The translations under genes were made by a program, and so were the position numbers. Below the pieces are notes generated by a model that saw only the letters and a list, made by a program, of their open reading frames with translations, did no database searches and was not told the DNA's origin. 63,760 nucleotides of DNA from Paraspadella gotoi. Its lineage: Eukaryota; Animalia; Chaetognatha. The stretch covers positions 28,084,665 to 28,148,424 of the forward strand of contig CM119265.1 of the NCBI GenBank assembly GCA_051294375.1, written 5' to 3'. Positions 1 through 12,492 of this stretch are shown piece after piece (the stretch's first letter is position 1; the number at the start of each line of letters is the position of its first letter).

Positions 1-511
1 GTTTACTAAAATACAAAAACAACAAGCCTTTCACAATTTGTGACATGAAATTCAATCAAGTAGCGAATTATTCTAACCACCTCTCGAATAATTGAATCGG
101 TTCATTCTGAAAACTTTTTAAAAATTATTAACAAAAGAACTAATTGGCAATAGAAAAAAAATTAAGAACAATCCCGAACACGACAATATGCAAATAAGAT
201 TAATGAACTAAATCTTACCACTTTCAATTTTATCTGCCATCTCAATACATTTTTCGTTGCCATCTCACCTGTTTACAGACGCCATCTCACGAGAGAAAAA
301 AAAATATCGCGACTTTCCAGAGATAGTTTTATCCGCAGGTGTCGTTGAGAGAGAGAAGAAAGAGAAGAGAGAGAGAGAGAGAGACGAAGAAACAGTGAAT
401 CGGATTTAAACCGCGCACGCGGCCACCATACAACGCACTGTGGAGGAGAGGAAGAGAGGAGAAGAGGAGAAGACAAAACAGAAGAAATAGGAAAGAAAGG
501 GAGAGAAGAGA

Positions 512-543
<32 letters not shown>

Positions 544-1398
544 AATAGGTCAGAAGGAAATACAGGGAAGAGAAAATAAAGGAGAAAGGAAAGGAAAAAA
601 ACAGACGAAACACGGACAAAAAAAATACGAAAACAAAGGAGGAAAAAGAAAATAAGAGAGAAGAATGAAGAAAAAAAAAGGAGGAAGGAGGAAGAGAAAA
701 AGGAGTAAAGAAGGAGGAGAAATAGTAGGGAGGAGGAGGAGAGAAGAGGAGGGGGAAGGAGCAGGAGAATGAGGAGGAAGAGGAAGAGGATCGTTGACGA
801 AACCAAAATATTTTTTTTCAGAGAAAAATAATTTGAAATTGAAACATGAAAAGCTACACAAGTGGAGAGGTCGAAAACTCTGTGTACATTGAGTTAAAAT
901 GAGCTTAAAATGCCCGTAAAATGAGCACATTAGGTTTGTGTGCCCATAAGCTTTGATACTTCTAAAAAAAATTTTGGCAGAAAGGCATCTTTTTAGAAAA
1001 CGAACTATTTTTTAAATGTGTTCTCATGCTTAAATACAGCATGGAGTGACTTTATTTTATACATATAGTACCCCCTTATGGGCTCTAATATGCTGATAAA
1101 ACATATCAAAAAAATATCTTGAATATAAAGTTTAATTTGCAAAAGTATCATTTACAATTATCACCTAATTGGTTTTTATTCATTGATATTTTTAAAAACA
1201 TTATACTACTAAATAGTAAACTCCCAGGAATACCGAGCAACCCCATTTAAAAAAAATCATGTTTAGAGTTTTAAATATAACTTCGATGTAGAAATATGAA
1301 TTTTTAAATATATCTGTGTAAATAACCTTTCTTTTTTCTTGTGTATGTATTTGGCAAAAGATTTTTTGTTTCAACAACATTTTACTTAATCATTAAAA

Positions 1399-1441
1399 AC
1401 GTACATGTTCTCGGCTTGGATTCAAGCGCTTCTTCAGCGTC
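1399..1441 (-). ncRNA. minimal type I hammerhead ribozyme motif (PLE-associated)
   Basis: Minus strand reads GACG-CTGAAGA-AGC-GCTTG-AATC-CAAGC-CGAGAA-CATGTA-CGT: core CUGANGA, stem II GCTTG/CAAGC, GAAA-like, palindromic ACATGT, GUA triplet, stem I ACG/CGT. Small indels present. Confidence 0.6.
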
Positions 1442-3463
1442 AATCATTTGGAAATTGTACAGTTTTTGTGTGAAAGAGGGAAAGAGAGTGAAGAATGATG
1501 AGAGAAAGAGAGAGAATAGGCAAAGTTTTCCAACACAGAGTTGAGAAAAAATAATAGTTCAAGTTAGGACAGGTAAGAATAGGACAGATCAGAGTATTTA
1601 GTTGGAATAAGAATGAAATGTCAGAGTGAGAGATTAGAGAGAGAGAGAGAGAGAAATGAAGGAGAGAGAGAGCAGAGACAGGAGAGAAAAATTAATATCA
1701 CCATTTCAAGTACAACAAATAAGTTTTTATAACATAGTTATTAACAATTAATATTTAATAAATAAAAATAAGAGTTTGATAAATGAAATGTGAAAGTGTA
1801 TGAAGATACATTTTTATTTCCTCTAAATGAATTGTAATAAATTTAGAAATTGAAGAATTATAGTAAATGAGCTCTAAAGTGAGCTTAGCTCGGAAGGGAG
1901 CTGTGTCTGCTGAAGAGCCGACCGCTCCCACCACAGCGGCACGACCGAATGAATAGCAGAAACAACATAAGAACGTGGGTCACTTGTCCCTCCTACACCA
2001 GGATCACTGCAGATCATTGTGTCGGTGCTAGTCAAAGCATGGATCTTCCATGCTCCAGTGACGACCCGCGTTTTCTCCCGGAGCAATTTGGAAACCGAAA
2101 ATTAAAAATTCTCCTAACCTAAATAATACATCAGGACCGTTCTATTGGCAGTCCTGTGCAGAGCGGGCAACCAACCCTGCCAACAGCAGCTTACGTTCGG
2201 CGAACTATGGAAAAAACATCGTAGACGTAATCTGGGTTCCAGCAACATACCGAAACCCTACCGTCACGCTCGCGCTGGCACTCCTTGTCCGCTTGTTCTG
2301 AGCACCACAGCAAACACCTGGCCACTCATTTTAGAGAGTCCATTGACCTGTCTCGTGCATCTTTTGTTTCCATGACCCGAACTTGGTTCCTTATCAAAGA
2401 TATTAGGGACGGCAATTCTCTTATTATCAAAGCTCTGAACCCTCTTTGAACCGTTGATGTGTTAAGACGATTCGACCTCCCTCCAAGCTATGATTAAACG
2501 CTCTATAAAAGCGGTGTGGTAAGTCCCCCGCCTCCACCACGTCCACAATGATTCCCCGTCTCTACTCAACGTTGACATGCGTAACCCTTACTCAGGCATG
2601 TATGCATGCCTCTCCCTCTAACTGTGTAGCAAACCCTCCCAATCCCTCTCTCTGGGACGATCGCGACAAAACGACGGTCTCCAAGAGAGGGGAGAGTTCC
2701 ACATCTGTCACAAAGTGCAAGAAACATGACTATGCCGCCCCACCTCTTCAGCAGCTGAGAAGAGCTGTGCAGCGTATCAGCTCAAAGAGACATTCGAGTA
2801 GCGCTGGAATTTTCCGCAAGGAAGCCTCCCTAGCCGACAATACACATATCGTTAAATTGTCCTCTCATCCAAAAGGACAGCGCCATATACCCACCCCATC
2901 CCCTACCTCTCATTGTCCAAAACAAGGTTGTGGGCCAGACTTCACTTTTGAGCTCCTCTTAATTTCTTAATTTCAACTTTTAAATAACAATCTTTAAACA
3001 AAGTATCTTCCACTTTCACATTCATTTTCACCTTCACTATTATTTATTAAATTAGTTTAATTGTTAATCATTTAAAACTTATTTTAATGAACATTGAAAG
3101 TAATATACTTTTATCTACGTCTCAATTCTGTCCTTCTCTCTTCTTTTCACGCTCATCTGCTCTCGGCCTCTCTCTCTCCGTCTTCTCGGAATGTCTCCGT
3201 CAGCGCGTGAGCGAGTTCCGAGTTTGGCGTAGTGTCAAGGGAGCTTTGCAAAATGCGTCGTAGGTCGTCCTGCATGGCTTAACCATGTCGCTCAGAGCCA
3301 CTTGCCACCTGAGTGGTGAGGGTGGTGGTTTTGCGTAACTGAACGTCGGGGTGTGGTGGTTGGAAATGCTTTTCCCTTATTTTCTTTCTCTCTCTCCTTA
3401 CCTCTCTCAATCTCTGTCCCTCCTTCTACACAAAAAACTGTACAATATTTCACCAAAATCATT

Positions 3464-3502
3464 GACGCTTAAGAAGCTAATCCAAAGCAAACATGTACGT
3501 TT
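3464..3502 (+). ncRNA. degenerate hammerhead motif in right PLE arm
   Basis: GACGCTTAAGAAGCTAATCCAAAGCAAACATGTACGTT is the inverted counterpart of 1399-1441, with core substitutions. Confidence 0.4.
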
Positions 3503-3767
3503 CTATATTAATAAAATTCTTGTGAAACAAAATCATTTTGCCTAAATTATTAATAATAAAAGACTAAATAAATAAAAAAATTACTATATATTATTCATTA
3601 GTAAAAGCCGATCTGAATATAGAAAAACTATCACACATATAATTTATTTTTATAAAATTAAGCCGTTTTATTTAATACACCTAGAACTTGGAAAAATGAG
3701 GAAAAATCGTAGTTTTAAACCCTTATAAAAAATCTATTCCTTNNNNNNNNNNNNNNNNNNNNNNNNN

Positions 3768-3829
3768 GGAAGAGGAGGGGAAGGAGGAGGAAGGAGGAGG
3801 AAGACAAACGAGAAGAAATAAAGAAAGGA

Positions 3830-3887
<58 letters not shown>

Positions 3888-4195
3888 AGGGGCGAGAAAG
3901 AATATAGGGAAGAGTAAATAAAGGAGAAAGGAAAGGAAAAAAACAGACGAAACACGGGACAAAAAATAACGAAAAACAAAGGAGGGAAAAAGAAAATAAG
4001 AGAGGAAGAATGAAGAAAAAAAAAGGAGGAAGGAGGAAGAGAATAAGGAGTAAAGAAGGAGGAGAAATAGTAGGGAGGAGGAGGAGGAAGAGGAGGGGAG
4101 AAGGAGCAGGAGAAGAGGAGGAAGAGGAAGAGGATCGTTGACGAAACCAAAATATTTTTTTTTCAGAGAAAAATAATTTGAAATTGAAACATGAA
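3768..4195. repeat. duplicate of purine-rich block ~450-850
   Basis: Shared unique anchors ACAGACGAAACACGG and GGATCGTTGACGAAACCAAAATATT; begins right after a 25-N gap. Confidence 0.8.
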
Positions 4196-4882
4196 AAAAA
4201 AATACGATAACAAATTAATTGAAAATGAAGTGCAAAATTGAAACAAATCGGAAATGAGGTGATAAAGAGAAAACAGCTTAATAGAAAAATGAGGAGGAAA
4301 ACAAAGGACCTTGCTAGAAGACGCAAAGAAAAGCATAATAATAAATAAATATTAATACCTAGTAAAAAATGAAAATTAGAATTAAAATGAGATAAAGGAA
4401 AAAAATGGGAATAAGATATAAAAAAAAAGGTTAAATAAATTTTATTAATAAAAAGATAAGAAATACAACTGGAGTGAGATTTTTAAAACATTTAATCACT
4501 AAATAAACTAGACCATGAGAAAGTCTTGATTGAAAGCTTGCGTAATCTTGCTTTGTAATTATCTAGTAAGAGGGACTCACCATTGCCTTTCCAAAGTCAG
4601 ATTAAATTTATTAAATTTATTCTAAAAAATTGGAAAGACAATGAACGAATTAACTAATTAATAATTAATATACAATTAATTATGATTGAAAATAGGAAAA
4701 TAGTTAATCGACCAAAAAAAAAATTCAAATCCAAAACTAAAAAATCCTAATGAGAAAAATCAGTGACAAAAATCGAAGTGAGAATTTGGACGGATTTCCG
4801 GAAGGCGGAAAGTTCCGTTTGCCGGAAAGTTGTTTTCGAATGTCACGGTTCATTGCCTCCACAAATTGGAATCTCGATATCG

Positions 4883-4942
<60 letters not shown>

Positions 4943-4995
4943 CATAACGACGAAAGATGCCCAACGCAACCTTATTTCTCTCAGGGCCTTGAGAA

Positions 4996-5036
<41 letters not shown>

Positions 5037-5593
5037 TCTGTTCCCCTGGGCAATACTTTAGATGAAGCAACAACAGATGCAATGGTCATTTGGAAAAAAT
5101 AACCAAAACTGATTTCAACATACATTTGTATTAATTCTTTGTTTCATTAGCACAGTATTACACCATAAACGGTTATCTTTAAAACAGGAACAAGAAAATT
5201 TAAATTAGTAAATTAAATTAATTAAATTAAATTAAAAGTGAGATATATTAATGAGTTTACATGATTTTTAAATTTTCATATTCGTATTGTAGTTTTTCTA
5301 TAAAAAGCCGAAAAATATCGAACAACATTTATAAATAACGTCATTTTTTAGAGAAATATTTTGTCAAAATATTACATAAAAAACAAACAAAACAAAATAA
5401 AGAATAGCGGTTTTTTTAAATGTGACTGAAAAAGTTATATATATAAATTTTATTAGTATATTTTTCCTTTCTTTAATAAATTTGATTAAAATCACTAAGT
5501 TTGAACTAATTTTAAACAAAAGAAAAAATTTACTCCAACCGAAACAAAGATTAAGAAGTGAACGCCCTTGTCGCGGAAAGGAAAATAAAAAAG

Positions 5594-5946
5594 TTGGCAT
5601 TATTTTCCGAAAGCGCCTGACTTCAGTATCTAATCCTTAAACTAAATTTCAGTTAAAATATGTAACCAAAATTTGTGACCAAATATTTAACCAAATCCTT
5701 AACTTTAATCCTCAACTATAATGAATAACCTTAATGCCTAATCTGTATCCCTAATCTATTGTCCTTAATCAAAATATTTAACCTTAATTCCTAACCCTAA
5801 TAATATTTAACCAGAACTATAACCAAATCCTAAACCTAACCCCTAATCTTAATCCTTAAACTAACTTTATATTAATTTCAAACTTAAAAATAAAATTTAT
5901 TTCTGAATTTAAGCGGGAACGGGTCGCTTTTGGCAAATAATGCCAA
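5594..5946. mobile_element. MITE-like element with 22-bp terminal inverted repeats and internal telomere-like CCTAA/CCCTAA repeats
   Basis: TTGGCATTATTTTCCGAAAGCG at 5594 vs CGCTTTTGGCAAATAATGCCAA at 5925-5946 (2 mismatches). The interior is rich in CCTAAC/CCCTAA/CCTTAA. Confidence 0.7.
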
Positions 5947-6119
5947 AAGAGTGGACCGTCACGGGGTGGTTAAGAAAAAGTTGTGAGGTCCACGGGTGGG
6001 TGATTCCGTTTCTTTACTGCGTCGATACGACCGACCATTTGTGGAAGGAAAGGCCATAGGTGGCGTTAGCAGGGGGAAGGGGGAGGTAGGAGGAGGGGAG
6101 GAGGTAGAATAGGGGGGGT

Positions 6120-6450
6120 AGGAATAGGAAAAAGGGGACAGGATTAATAGGAAAAAGGGGAGAGGATTAATAGGAAAAATGGGACAGGATTAACAAGAAA
6201 AAGGGGATAGGATTAATAGGAAAAATGGGAAAGGATTAATAGGAAAAAGGGGACAGGATTCATAGGAAAAAGGTGACAGGATTAATAGAAAAAAGAGAGA
6301 GGATTAATAGAAAAAAGAGGACAGGATTAATAGGAAAAAGGGGACAGGATTAATAGCAAAAAGGGGAGAGGATTAATAGGAAAAAGGGGACAGGATTAAT
6401 AGGAAAAATGGGAAAGGATTAATAGGAAAAAGGGGAGAGGATTAAAAGGG
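6120..6450. repeat. 23-bp minisatellite (GGATTAATAGGAAAAAGGGGACA)n
   Basis: About 13 tandem units visible. Confidence 0.9.
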
Positions 6451-6599
6451 GAAATGATTAAAAGACCAGAAAGGGGAAAAGCGGAAGGTCACTGAGAGCT
6501 GGGTGAAAACTATTTCTGGATTAACAATAAAATATCCACCCTTCTAGTATCTATAATTGTAAAGATAGTGTACATAGTGGTTTTTCTTGCTATTTAAAT

Positions 6600-6830
6600 T
6601 CTTTAAAATATAATACTACTTCATTAATAGGGAAGCCAGGTACTCTGGGAGTGAATAAAGGAAAACTGTGAGGAGTCTTGATTGAAAGCTTGCAGGGACC
6701 TGCTGTGTCATAATCTTGTAAGAGTGATAGAGATTTTAAACAACCGTAGCCTGTCCAAAGTCAGGGTCAAAATAGATTATTTATTAAATGAATGGATACT
6801 TTTTCTATTTTTTGTACCAATTTCATAGGA
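6600..6830 (+). repeat. dispersed ~230-bp unclassified repeat (core GAGTGAATAAA...GTCTTGATTGAAAGCTTGC...CCAAAGTCAG...TGTACCAATTTCATA)
   Basis: Further copies or fragments near 4470-4610, 12050-12275, 17600-17830(-), 20240-20470, 27050-27300, 33710-33955 and 60620-60790(-). Confidence 0.8.
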
Positions 6831-6919
6831 GAGGGAATAAGATAAAAAAAAATAAGAAAAAAACTGAAAAGAAAAGAGAACATGGATGTGGAAGAATAGA
6901 TTACCTTTTGTACTTGCAA

Positions 6920-7365
6920 AGGGCAAAGGTATGGAAAGAGAAGGCAAAGGTTTGGGAAGAGATGGCAGAGTTATGAGAAGAAAGGGTAGAGGTATGGGAA
7001 GAAAGGGCAGAGGAAGGTAAAGAGAGGNNNNNNNNNNNNNNNNNNNNNNNNNNNNNNNNNNNNNNNNNNNNNNNNNNNNNNNNNNNNNNNNNNNNNNNNN
7101 NNNNNNNNNNNNNNNNNNNNNNNNNNNNNNNNNNNNNNNNNNNNNNNNNNNNNNNNNNNNNNNNNNNNNNNNNNNNNNNNNNNNNNNNNNAAGGGTAGAG
7201 GTATGGGAAGGTGGCAAAGGTGTGGAGAGAGATGGCAGAGGTGTGGGGAGAGATGGCAAAGGTGTGGGGAGAGATGGCAAAGGTGTGGAGAGAGATGGCA
7301 GAGGTGTGGGAGAGATGGCAAAGGTGTGGGAGAGATGGCAGAGGTGTGGGGAGAGATGGCAAAGG
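6920..7365. repeat. 21-bp minisatellite (GAGATGGCA(A/G)AGGTGTGGGGA)n spanning an N gap
   Basis: Tandem units on both sides of the gap at 7028-7190. Confidence 0.85.
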
Positions 7366-7661
7366 TCGTCCGCCCTGAAAATTTTCTCTCCAAAGAAAAT
7401 TTCTTTCTCTTCTGAAATTTTTTATGCTTTTTGTTCTTTTTTTTTGTTCGTTTAGTTTTGTTCTTTTCTTAAAATTCAATCGTTTATTTTTTTAAGTAGT
7501 GTTGATTGTCTTCGTATGTACAATGTTTGTTTATTTGTAATTAAAATTTTTGATTGATTGATTGAAATTTCTGCGGATGAAGTTTTCTTGTTAACCTTCC
7601 TTTCTTGACAACGATTAATTGACATAGCACAAAATGTCGCATATGCAATAAGCAATAAACA

Positions 7662-7680
7662 TTGATTGATTGATTAATTA

Positions 7681-7747
<67 letters not shown>
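7662..7747. repeat. (ATTG)n microsatellite
   Basis: Direct inspection. Confidence 0.95.
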
Positions 7748-8210
7748 TGCTGGGAAACAAAAAGGCGCTCGTTGAAAAATAGAATAAATGAGTCAAACTC
7801 GAAATCCATTCGGTTCCAACTTTCCTTTTTTCTCTTTTTTTTCTTTTTTTCCTTTTTTTTCTTTTTTTTTCTTTTTTTTCTTTTTTTTCCTTTTTTTTCT
7901 TTCCGTTTTTGGTAGAAAGCATAACTAACGAACGACTGCTAATGCTGTGATACTTAACATTTCATGTTTTTTAATATATTTTTTTATTTTACAATCTTTT
8001 CTCTGCCATGAAGGAATTGCCACAAAAAAGATTAGTTTACCGTAATAACAAAATCCATTTCTGAAGACAAGAGAAAGTTTTAATCTTGTATATTGAAAAA
8101 AAAACTATATATTATTTTTAACAAACCTGAGTGGTTGTCATTTTACTCTGACTTAACTCGTGACAAAATTTTAAATTGGAGAAATTAAAGCCAGGGAAAA
8201 CTGGGACCAG

Positions 8211-8251
<41 letters not shown>

Positions 8252-11200
8252 GGAGTCAGATTCAAAGAACAAAGGCGAAGATATGAAGCCAAAGACAAAA
8301 GCGAACAGAAGAACAAAGAACGAAAATGATCCAAACAAACAAAAAATCGTTAAAACCCGCCAGAGATTTTTTTTTCTCTCTCGGTTAACCGCGTAAAAAG
8401 AAGTTTATATAAAAAGGATTTGAATTAAAAATCCTAATATAAACTAAAGATGAACTCAACGAGAAAAGAGGAAAAGAAGTTTGAAATGTATTTAGCAGTA
8501 TTGTAGTAGCGGCCATCATTCTCTATTTTCATAATTTTAACATCTTTTTCGTTTCTTATTTATTCTTTCTCTCTTTTTCCTTTTTGTAAATCACTTTAGT
8601 AATTTACTTAACCCCTGAAATTGTACATTTTTTTTCAATTTTTTTTCCGTCTATATAACTTTGACTTCTTCCTAGGAGGATTTTTGTCTTAGTTTTTTTA
8701 CTATGAGCATTTTCCTTTTATTTTCTATAAAGATTTGCTCTTCTGTCTGCACTCACTAGATCTTCACTTGCATTGCTTTCCACAAAATTGCAAATTTTTA
8801 CATGTTTTGGTCTGAATAAACCAGAGGTCGGTACAAACAAAAAAGGATTTTAAAAACAAAATAGAAATAAAATTTAGTTTAAGTAAATCCACCAGAGGTT
8901 TAAATCTTTTTTTCTGAAATAAAAGAACAGTCCTATTAAATTTTCTTTGTGTTTTCACCCTATTCTACTGGAGGACTCTATAAAGAAAGAAGCTTTTTGT
9001 AATACAAACGGATATTAATAATAAACTTTAGCTGCACCCACTTGCACCTGCTCTTCAACAAAATATCAATTTTTCGAAAAAAAATTATTATTTTAAAATT
9101 TTTATTATTTGAAAATGTTTTAATAATTTTTTGTCTTATTCTATTTTATTTTATTCTCTTTCTTATTCTACGTATTGATTAAAGCATTTTAATCATATAT
9201 AATAATAAAAATGAGAATATGATAATAATATTATTTTGATTTATAAATTATTTTTGCAAGTAGCAAAATATTATTAATGCCGCAGTAACAGTTCCGTTTA
9301 AGCCCTTAAAAATGATTTACATATATTGGCGCAGCCACTGGTTCGTTTTGTATTCTTCCTCTCTCATCTTCTCTGTTTCCTTCACCGCCTCTTTGCCTAT
9401 CTTTCCCCTCTTTACTTTCTTTCCTCCCTCTCTCTCTTTGTCTCCCTCTCTTTTCCTACCTATCATCTTCCCTCTCTCTCTCTCTCTCTCTCAAAAAGAG
9501 AGAGATTTATTTAATTCGTTCAACAGAAATAAAGATGGAATCCACGATAGAAATTCCATATAATTTGTTTCGACTTGTTTTTATCTGTTAATTTTGTCTT
9601 TACTAAGTCGCATCAGTGAGCTTTCAGATAATTGAACTCTTTTCCCTTTTCGTCATTAAATCCATTATTTCTCTCTTCTCCCCAATTCTCCTTCTCCTCG
9701 CTCCCTTAANNNNNNNNNNNNNNNNNNNNNNNNNTCTCTTTTTTTCCTCCATTTCTCCTGACGCCATCTCGCGTCAGATATTTTTCCTTATCTCCCTCGC
9801 ATCAAAACAGAAAGATTTTTCTCCCATTATTCACCGCCCAGCGTAAGAGAGGGAAGGGACGGAGGACCGACCCGACGGACGGACCTTGGACGGACGGACG
9901 GACGACCGCCGACCGAACGGAACGACGCCGAGCGACGGACGGACGGAACCAACGATCGGCCAAATGTCACCCATTTTCCTTCCTATTCATTTTTTAAACG
10001 CTCACAATTTTTTTAGTCTTTCTAAATGCATTTTTATGAACTTTGTCTCTCTTAATCTTTGTCTTTATCTCTGTCCCTCAATATCACTCAGTGAAAGAAA
10101 CTTTGTCATTTACTCTTAATTTCTTTCGAAAATTTTAAAATTGAGAAAATCAAAGACAAAAAAAAATAGGAAAATAAAATTCTCTCCTCGACTTCCTGTG
10201 ATAAAAATCTTTCTCGATGATAAACTTTTTTTAAAAAAAGTTGTTTTTTATCAGTTCGAATTTTTATCAATGGCGCCCACCGACAAAGATTTCTCAAGAA
10301 GAAAAAAAAATAATAATCGTGATTTGTTATCTGTTTTTTTTAAAACAATGATTCACTACGAACTGTAGCTTCGAAATGTATAATTAGTAGATAAATAAAA
10401 TAAAAAATAAATTTAAGAAAAATACTTTTAAAAAAATGTTGAGTTTAAAATGGGAGGAACATCGTCGTCATCGTCGTGAATCGTCGTCGTTTTCTCTCCC
10501 GCCGGAAATCCTCGCTCGTCCGGCGCCGAGAGAACGAGGAGCGAAATCGGCGCCGATGAATTCCATCTCGCGGAAAACGTCGCTTCGGGATTCGATGACC
10601 GGGGATTTCTCGGTCGCTCTCTGCCGGACGAAACCGAAAAGGAAGAAGAGACGGAAACGCGACGGGTGATGGTGAAGACCGGAGAGGGCGGCGGCGGCGG
10701 AGGAGGCGGCGCGGCGGCGGCGGCGGCGCGGAGGGGCGGCGGGCGGAGGGCGGAAGCGGCGGCGATGTCTCGCAAAACAACGACGACAACTCCCAAAATC
10801 AGAACAACAACAACGAAGCGTCTGAACTAAAGACAAAACAAATTTCGTGATTTTTCCTTTGATTTTGATTCTAATCGTCGTTTGCGTCGGAGGCGTAAAG
10901 GTTGTTCTTGTTTTTGTTGTTGTTGTTCTTGTTATTATTCTTGTTTTTGTTGTTCTTGTTGTTGTTGTTTTGTTATGATTTTGTTAACTTCATTGTTATT
11001 AAATTTTGTTTGTTTTTTTAAAAAGTCGTTTTTATTTGTAATTACAGAAATAAAATTATTTTTTTCTTTGGGTTTCCTTTCGAAACAAAGAAAGATAATC
11101 ATCCCATTTTAATTTTTTTTGCTTAATCGAAAATCTATAAATTCAAAAAAAAGTTTTTCCCCACAAGAAAAAAAAATTTTCCCGCTGACTTTACGAAAAG

Positions 11201-11418
11201 CGAAACTTTTATCGATTATTTAATTCGTTCAACAGAAATAAAGATGGAATCCACGATAGAAATTCCATATAATTTGTTTCGACTTGTTTTATCTGTTAAT
11301 TTTGTCTTTACTAAGTCGCATCAGTGAGCTTTCAAGATATTGAAACTTCTTTCCCTTTTCGTCATTAAATCCAATTACTTCTCATTTCTCCTCCAATTTC
11401 CTTCTCCTCTCTCCTCAT

Positions 11419-11449
<31 letters not shown>

Positions 11450-11816
11450 CCTTATCTTCCTCTCTCCCCATCCCAGAAATCCACGAATGCATCCAGCGCC
11501 AACTCAAAGCCGACGTTCGAATCTTACGAACGAAGTGACGTGCCACGCCCCCGCCTACGCGCTCAGCGCCGCTATGACGACGGTTGCAGGAAGCGCCGGT
11601 CATCGCCGGAAATCGTCCTTTGCGTCGCCGCCGTCCGTCAGGTGGGAGACGTAATCGAGGGGGGGGGCTTGTTGGTAGAAAACCGACATTATGGGTCTGA
11701 CAATTCGGAGAATAAAAAAAACGATTTTTGAAATGTTACATTGTGACATTGTCTTTATGAAATTAATGAGTACAAATGTATATATATTTGTTTAGCTTAA
11801 AACAAATAAAAGATTG

Positions 11817-11889
11817 AGGCTCGTCCGGGAATCGAAACCCGGGCCTCTCGCACCGAAAGCGAGAATCATACCTTCTAGACCAACGAGCC
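11817..11889 (-). tRNA. tRNA-Pro (CGG-type, noisy copy)
   Basis: Positional and sequence homolog of the clean copy at 15571-15642, with indels including in the anticodon loop. Confidence 0.7.
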
Positions 11890-12418
11890 ATCTGAGTGGA
11901 TTATGAATTATGCAACAAATATTAAGAAGTAAAAATCGTCAGTTAATATAAATAATCTTTTTTGTTTGAAGTTGGACTGGTTATGGTTAGTTTCAGCCTT
12001 ACTCTTACAATATATTATATAGGGATATAAGGGAGTGGACTTTTCATACAATAGTAACATTCTTAAAACTTTAATACCAATTTATTGATAGGGGAAGCCA
12101 GGTACTCTGAGAGTGAATAAACGAGATTGTGAGAGAAGTCTTGATTGAAAGCTTGCAGGGACCTGTAAGAGTAATAGGGGCCTTAAACACCAGAATTTCC
12201 AAAAGTCAGGGCAAGATACTTGTTTATTAAATGAATGAGTAAATTTTTACATTTGTTGTACCAATTTCATAAGTAACCTGCGTTGAAAAATCTTTCAATC
12301 AAGATTCTCTCACTGTTTTGTGAGTTAACTGCCAGATCAACTTGTGGAATGAAGTTGCATAGTATTGTTAAAGGTGATTAAACGCATATTGTCGCATTGA
12401 TTTTAAAAAAAAAGTAAT

Positions 12419-12492
12419 TGGCTCATCCGGGAGTCGAACCCGGGAACCTCTCGCACCACCAAAGCGAGAATCATACCGCTAGACCAACGGCC
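12419..12492 (-). tRNA. tRNA-Pro(TGG), noisy copy
   Basis: Homolog of 20612-20683 with indels. Confidence 0.7.

Larger units (their letters stand above)
1350..3545 (+). mobile_element. 5'-truncated Penelope-like element (GIY-YIG endonuclease 3' fragment) bracketed by inverted pLTR-like arms
   Basis: 1970-2520 is a frameshifted homolog of 47575-48100 (KPK..., YVGE-, AEH-, IKALEPSLNR-like segments). Arms ~1350-1885 and ~2942-3545 are reverse complements, e.g. GAGCTCTAAAGTGA vs TCACTTTTGAGCTC and GTGAAAGTGTATGAAGATAC vs GTATCTTCCACTTTCAC. Confidence 0.8.

Noticed and set aside
273-5125. Long Leu/Ser/Phe-rich or ERER ORFs in the track (also at 37-41 kb and 43.7-44.7 kb)
   Set aside because: They are translations of (GA)n/(CT)n and purine tracts, or run through N gaps; there is no independent coding signal.
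5690-5860. Telomere
   Set aside because: Degenerate, short and internal to a TIR-bounded element.
10882-11112. Cys-rich peptide (CSCFCCCCSC...) resembling metallothionein
   Set aside because: Product of a (TGT/GTT)n microsatellite.
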